DNA of 63,365 nucleotides, the filler included, from Rhabdomonas costata (taxonomy: Eukaryota), in the NCBI GenBank assembly GCA_019059605.1. It is 42 parts of 42 records of this genome, joined end to end, with 100 filler letters (N's around TTAATTAATTAA, not from the genome) between each part and the next. Parts side by side here need not be neighbours in the genome. Positions count along the whole stretch, not along the records: positions 60,441 to 61,855 come from JAHMHO010016738.1; positions 61,956 to 63,365 come from JAHMHO010016739.1; 40 more parts are not named here. One strand, given 5' to 3'. The position numbers and the translations under genes are program-made. The notes beneath the pieces are model-generated. The model was not told where the DNA came from, did not search any database, and saw only the letters and a program-made list of their open reading frames with translations. Positions 61,534 through 63,365 of this stretch are shown here, piece after piece; within the stretch, counting starts at the first letter, position 1, and every line of letters starts with the position of its first letter.

Positions 61534-63365
61534 GACAATATTCAAGTATATCCAAGACACACGGGACAGTCACTATGTGATCTCGCCTCCCAAGGGTATG
61601 ATCACAGTTATGCTCGCCAGAGCGAACTCCCGCAGACACGATATGCAGGATGTGGGATGTATCAGGAAGGTTTAGGGGCCAAAAAGACAGTAGGCCACGT
61701 CCCTGTCCGTCCCCTGGGAGACCAGTGTCTTCTTGGAAGAACGCGCAACGAGGCAGGCCACCGCCCACGGCTGTCCTTCTTTCTCACCTCTCGCACCACC
61801 ACCATTCCCTTGTCTCCCTCCCCTCTCCCCTTTCCTCAAAGGCTCACCACCAACCNNNNNNNNNNNNNNNNNNNNNNNNNNNNNNNNNNNNNNNNNNNNT
61901 TAATTAATTAANNNNNNNNNNNNNNNNNNNNNNNNNNNNNNNNNNNNNNNNNNNNGCTGCACAGCAACAGCAGGCCACAGCCTACCCATGGCGCTTCCTG
62001 CCGCTTGCGGCAGGCCCGGAGCTGCTGCGAGGAAGGCTGGGGCTGCCCAGCACGCGGTACAGGGAGGGGCTCTCCAAGGAATCCGAGGAGGCTGAGCCCC
62101 ACGAGGGCTCCGTACTGAGGGAGGGCGCCCTGGGCAGCTGCACAGCAACAGCAGGCACAGTAAGCAGAATGGGCATCCACCTGGGGCACCCGTGCATAGC
62201 CACCTAACCCCCTGCAAGATCATATCATATATCTTGGAGACACGTGCTCCACGCTCACGAAGGGTAAAATGCACCGTTAATATGGGGAAGTCCCCGAAAT
62301 TCACCAGAGCCAAGCAAAAAATCGGGCGGAGTAGAGAGCGAACGAAACAAAGGAAACCGCAACTTCCCTTATCGCATCGAATTCTCAAGGCATTCAGATC
62401 AGCCAGTTAGATACCCACGCGAACATCCGCACCGTGCCCGTAGGGGCCGATCCTGTTTTGGAGGGAGATTCTAAGTATTTTTTATCGGGGGCTACTATTT
62501 TTTCGCTTCTGAAAAGCTTGGTTTATGTTTTTTTTCACCTGCGGCCCTTAATCACTGCGGTTTGGGCAAATCCAACGAAGATAGGAAAAATAAACGAACC
62601 CAGAATCCATCTGGTTTTCCTACAGTAGTCTTTTTCATCGCTTTTCGACAACGCGTTCATGGACATGAATAAAAGGGCGAAGGAACAGCAGGAAAACCGC
62701 CACTACCCAAATGGGCTGCGTCCCGAAGCTGGAACCGGCGACCAGAAATGTGAATGGGGGCGATCCGTTCTGCAATACTGTGATAGATTTACGGATTTTT
62801 TTTGCGGTGGATACGCTCAGGTGGACAACTGAAAAACTTGAGAAAGTTGTGCCAGCCGGGAATTTTGACCGTAGGTAGGTATTCCTAGAGGGGGGGGGGT
62901 AAAAGTTTCCCTGAAATTTCGTCTTTTAGTCATTTCAGGTATCCGTACCAAATAAAGTACGTTACACCGTAATATCAGAACTGCACCGTACCACATGTAT
63001 GTGTTTAAACCCTATCTTTACCTAACTTCTCAACAAACAGCCGGGTACAGAATTCACAATTCGCTTCAAAAGATAAACACAATCACGGAATCACCCGAAA
63101 AAAGATCGCGCCTTCGGCGCAGCAGTCTCTTCGGAGCATCCCATATCTATCTGCCTTTTAGGTTCACCGTCAAGAAAACTTTCTATAACATGTCCCAGAC
63201 AGGCAGGAGGAAAACGTCCTTGCCAACCAGATCGCAAACTTAAAATCAAGCCACAAATGCACAATCCGAATCGTAGCTATTGATATTCCCACTATTCTTT
63301 GCACTCAACCCAGTGAGAAGAGCAAAAAAAATATACCTTCTCTGTGCTCCCAAACAACCAACACA

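Noticed and set aside
1413-61955. Regularly spaced TTAATTAATTAA repeats as a CRISPR-like array or biological periodicity
   Set aside because: They are embedded in fixed N-runs and are an artificial six-frame-stop linker.
1-63365. Functional clustering of neighbouring genes (e.g. ADP-ribose enzymes, or Gag plus integrase as one element)
   Set aside because: The contigs are concatenated by size, so adjacency carries no linkage information.

Overview
This window is not a contiguous locus. It is a pseudo-scaffold of 42 unrelated contigs of about 1.41 kb, apparently size-sorted and joined by artificial 100-nt linkers (N44-TTAATTAATTAA-N44). Neighbouring contigs therefore imply no genomic linkage, and most ORFs in the six-frame track are spurious. 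Most contigs come from an intron-rich flagellated eukaryote with GT-AG introns and very weak donor consensus. This is tentatively euglenid-like. I could build exon models for axonemal dynein heavy chain, CSN2, eIF4E, MTAP, USP5/13, DDX46/Prp5, UROD, an RluA-family pseudouridine synthase, a 2OG-Fe(II) oxygenase, a Zn-dependent ADH/FDH-like enzyme, a YeeE/YedE transporter, and Sushi, zf-CW and WD40 proteins. Ty3/Gypsy integrase and Gag remnants are also present. The standout is one very AT-rich, intronless, gene-dense contig (4537-5947) that looks like a Mimiviridae-type giant virus. It carries an ARH1-like ADP-ribosylglycohydrolase, a membrane-anchored CxxS thioredoxin, an ORFan, and a perfect 14-bp hairpin between the convergent stop codons. 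A second contig shows an abrupt switch from host-like to AT-rich DNA, which may be an integrated foreign element. G/T-only contig starts, A/C-only contig ends and terminal fold-back repeats point to whole-genome-amplified (e.g. single-cell) material. No rRNA, tRNA or CRISPR array was found. All family calls come from motif recognition by eye, not from database searches.
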